Made by a program: the position numbers and the translations under genes
The notes under the pieces: model-generated
Told to the model about the DNA's origin: nothing
The model's database searches: none
The model's input: only the letters and a program-made list of their open reading frames with translations
Shown here: positions 62,719 to 64,000 of the stretch, piece after piece
Position numbering within the stretch: position 1 is the first letter of the stretch
Layout: each line of letters begins with the position of its first letter
DNA from: Bacteroidales bacterium
GTDB lineage: Bacteria; Bacteroidota; Bacteroidia; Bacteroidales; ML635J-15
Length of the DNA: 64,000 nucleotides
NCBI GenBank assembly: GCA_017551515.1
Contig: JAFZLK010000101.1
Location: forward strand, 4,335 to 68,334
Reading direction: 5' to 3'

Positions 62719-64000
62719 TTATCCCTTTACAACGATATTCACGATTTTCTTCGGAACAACGATAACCTTTGCCACCTGCTTTCCGTCGGTATATTTCTTA
62801 GTCATATCGTTAGCCATAACTGTTTCCTCGATTTGCTTCGGATTCATGTCGAGCGGAAGTTCGAGGTTGAAACGCATCTTGCCGTTGAACGAAATTGGAT
62901 AGGTGAAGGTTGTTTCCTTTGTGAAAGCCTCGTTGTATTCCGGCCATTGAGCCTTGGTAACCGATGTGTCGTGACCGAATTCGTGCCACAGTTCTTCGGC
63001 GATATGCGGTGCGTACGGTGAAATGAGAACGCAGAGCGGTTCTAGGATTTCGCGCTTGTTGCACTTGCCAAGTTCGTTGCAGCAAATCATGAAACAACTT
63101 ACACAGGTGTTGAACGAGAACCTTTCGATGTCATCGGTAACCTTCTTGATGGTATTGTGCAATGTCTTCAGTTCTGCAGGTGTAGCCTTTTCGTCCGAAA
63201 TGCAGAAGTTGTTGTCCTCATCGTGGAACATTCTCCAGAACTTCTTGATGAACCTTGCAACACCTTCAATTCCGTTTGTATCCCACGGCTTTGCCTGTTC
63301 GACAGGACCGAGGAACATTTCATAAAGTCTCAAAGTGTCGGCTCCGTAGCGTTCAACAAGGTCGTCGGGGTTCTGAACATTGTACATCGACTTCGACATC
63401 TTTTCGATTTCCCAACCGCAGACATACTTTCCATCTTCGAGCACAAACTGTGCATCGTTGAAATCCGGTCTCCACTGGCGGAACTTGTCGATGTCAAGAA
63501 TGTCGTTGCTTACAATGTTGATGTCAACATGAATCGGAACGGTGAATTCTTCACGACCCGGGATGTTCTTGGAAATGAACAAATTGATTGGCACAAATGC
63601 CTCGCCTTCCTCGAATTCAGGAACATCTCCACCAGCAACAAGATCCTTTATCTTTTTCTCCACAACATCAATGCGGTTCATAACATCGAAGATAGATATA
63701 AGCAATATTCTGTAGCCCTTGTCCTTAGCATATTCGCTGTATGCCTCGGCAACCTTTTCGAGCGAATGTTCGCGCTTGATTTCGATGAGTATCTTCTTTT
63801 CATCGCAGTAGAAGTCGAAACGGCGCTTGCCGTCCTTGTAGTCCTGCTTGAACTCAACGCCAAACTTCTTGTCCTTCAGCAACTGCCAAACCTTGTACTC
63901 GGCCATCTTTTCAAAACTGCTTACGCGGTAAACGAAGTTTGAGCGACCTTGAATCATACCCTGATTGATGAGTTTCTTGTATGGCTCTTCGTTTGGAACC
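62719..64000 (-). CDS. leuS: Leucine--tRNA ligase, C-terminal part (5' end outside the window), carrying an extra nuclease-like insertion
   Basis: The frame stays open to the window edge (..VPNEEPYKKLINQGMIQGRSNFVYR). The KMSKS motif (EKMSKSMYNVQNPDD), LGPVEQAKPWDT and a C-terminal anticodon-binding region are present. The M at 63957 is an internal Met, not the start. Confidence 0.95.
   Translation of the reverse strand, partial: VPNEEPYKKLINQGMIQGRSNFVYRVSSFEKMAEYKVWQLLKDKKFGVEFKQDYKDGKRRFDFYCDEKKILIEIKREHSLEKVAEAYSEYAKDKGYRILLISIFDVMNRIDVVEKKIKDLVAGGDVPEFEEGEAFVPINLFISKNIPGREEFTVPIHVDINIVSNDILDIDKFRQWRPDFNDAQFVLEDGKYVCGWEIEKMSKSMYNVQNPDDLVERYGADTLRLYEMFLGPVEQAKPWDTNGIEGVARFIKKFWRMFHDEDNNFCISDEKATPAELKTLHNTIKKVTDDIERFSFNTCVSCFMICCNELGKCNKREILEPLCVLISPYAPHIAEELWHEFGHDTSVTKAQWPEYNEAFTKETTFTYPISFNGKMRFNLELPLDMNPKQIEETVMANDMTKKYTDGKQVAKVIVVPKKIVNIVVKG

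Noticed and set aside
1-64000. Search for tRNA, rRNA, tmRNA, RNase P and SRP RNA genes in intergenic gaps.
   Set aside because: No cloverleaf-compatible segments or conserved core strings (for example GGTTCGAATCC-type T-arms, GAGGAAAGTCCGG, GGAAGGAAGCAGC) were seen. A covariance-model scan would be needed to be certain.

Overview
This window is a chromosomal segment from a Bacteroidota genome, probably Bacteroidales. The evidence is TAnnTTTG -7 promoter boxes upstream of many genes, type-A T9SS C-terminal sorting domains, gldH, and a Bacteroidetes-type dcw gene order. Most of it is core genome:
- a GH20 hexosaminidase, an OmpA-family protein, phoH, and yceD-rpmF-plsX
- ftcD and bcp-recA
- lspA
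- a complete division/cell-wall cluster, mraZ-rsmH-ftsL-ftsI-murE-mraY-murD-ftsW-murG-murC-ftsQ-ftsA-ftsZ, on the minus strand at 33.4-48.7 kb
- holB-PSP1-gldH and a capD-like gene
- the 3' part of leuS

Non-core content:
1. A 9.6-kb gene encodes a 3212-aa GLUG-repeat T9SS surface protein.
2. A roughly 3.2-kb AT-rich cassette (21.5-24.8 kb) is bracketed by two tail-less SSB paralogs. It contains small free-standing genes that look like modules of conjugative-element/phage 'polyvalent proteins', and all of them share a C-terminal AK[IV]xxN[FY] tail. I rate this the best candidate for an undescribed system.
3. An AbiEi/AbiEii type IV toxin-antitoxin pair sits next to a 33-bp x4 tandem array.
4. 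A FISUMP-domain protein carries eight Cys-containing repeats.
5. A DUF559/PD-(D/E)xK nuclease-like domain appears to be inserted inside LeuRS.

There are also three unrelated intergenic tandem arrays (7, 15 and 33 bp) and a GC-rich structured intergenic element (2.59-2.82 kb). I recognised no rRNA, tRNA, CRISPR array, integrase or transposase. All functional calls rest on motif recognition in the supplied translations; no database search was possible.
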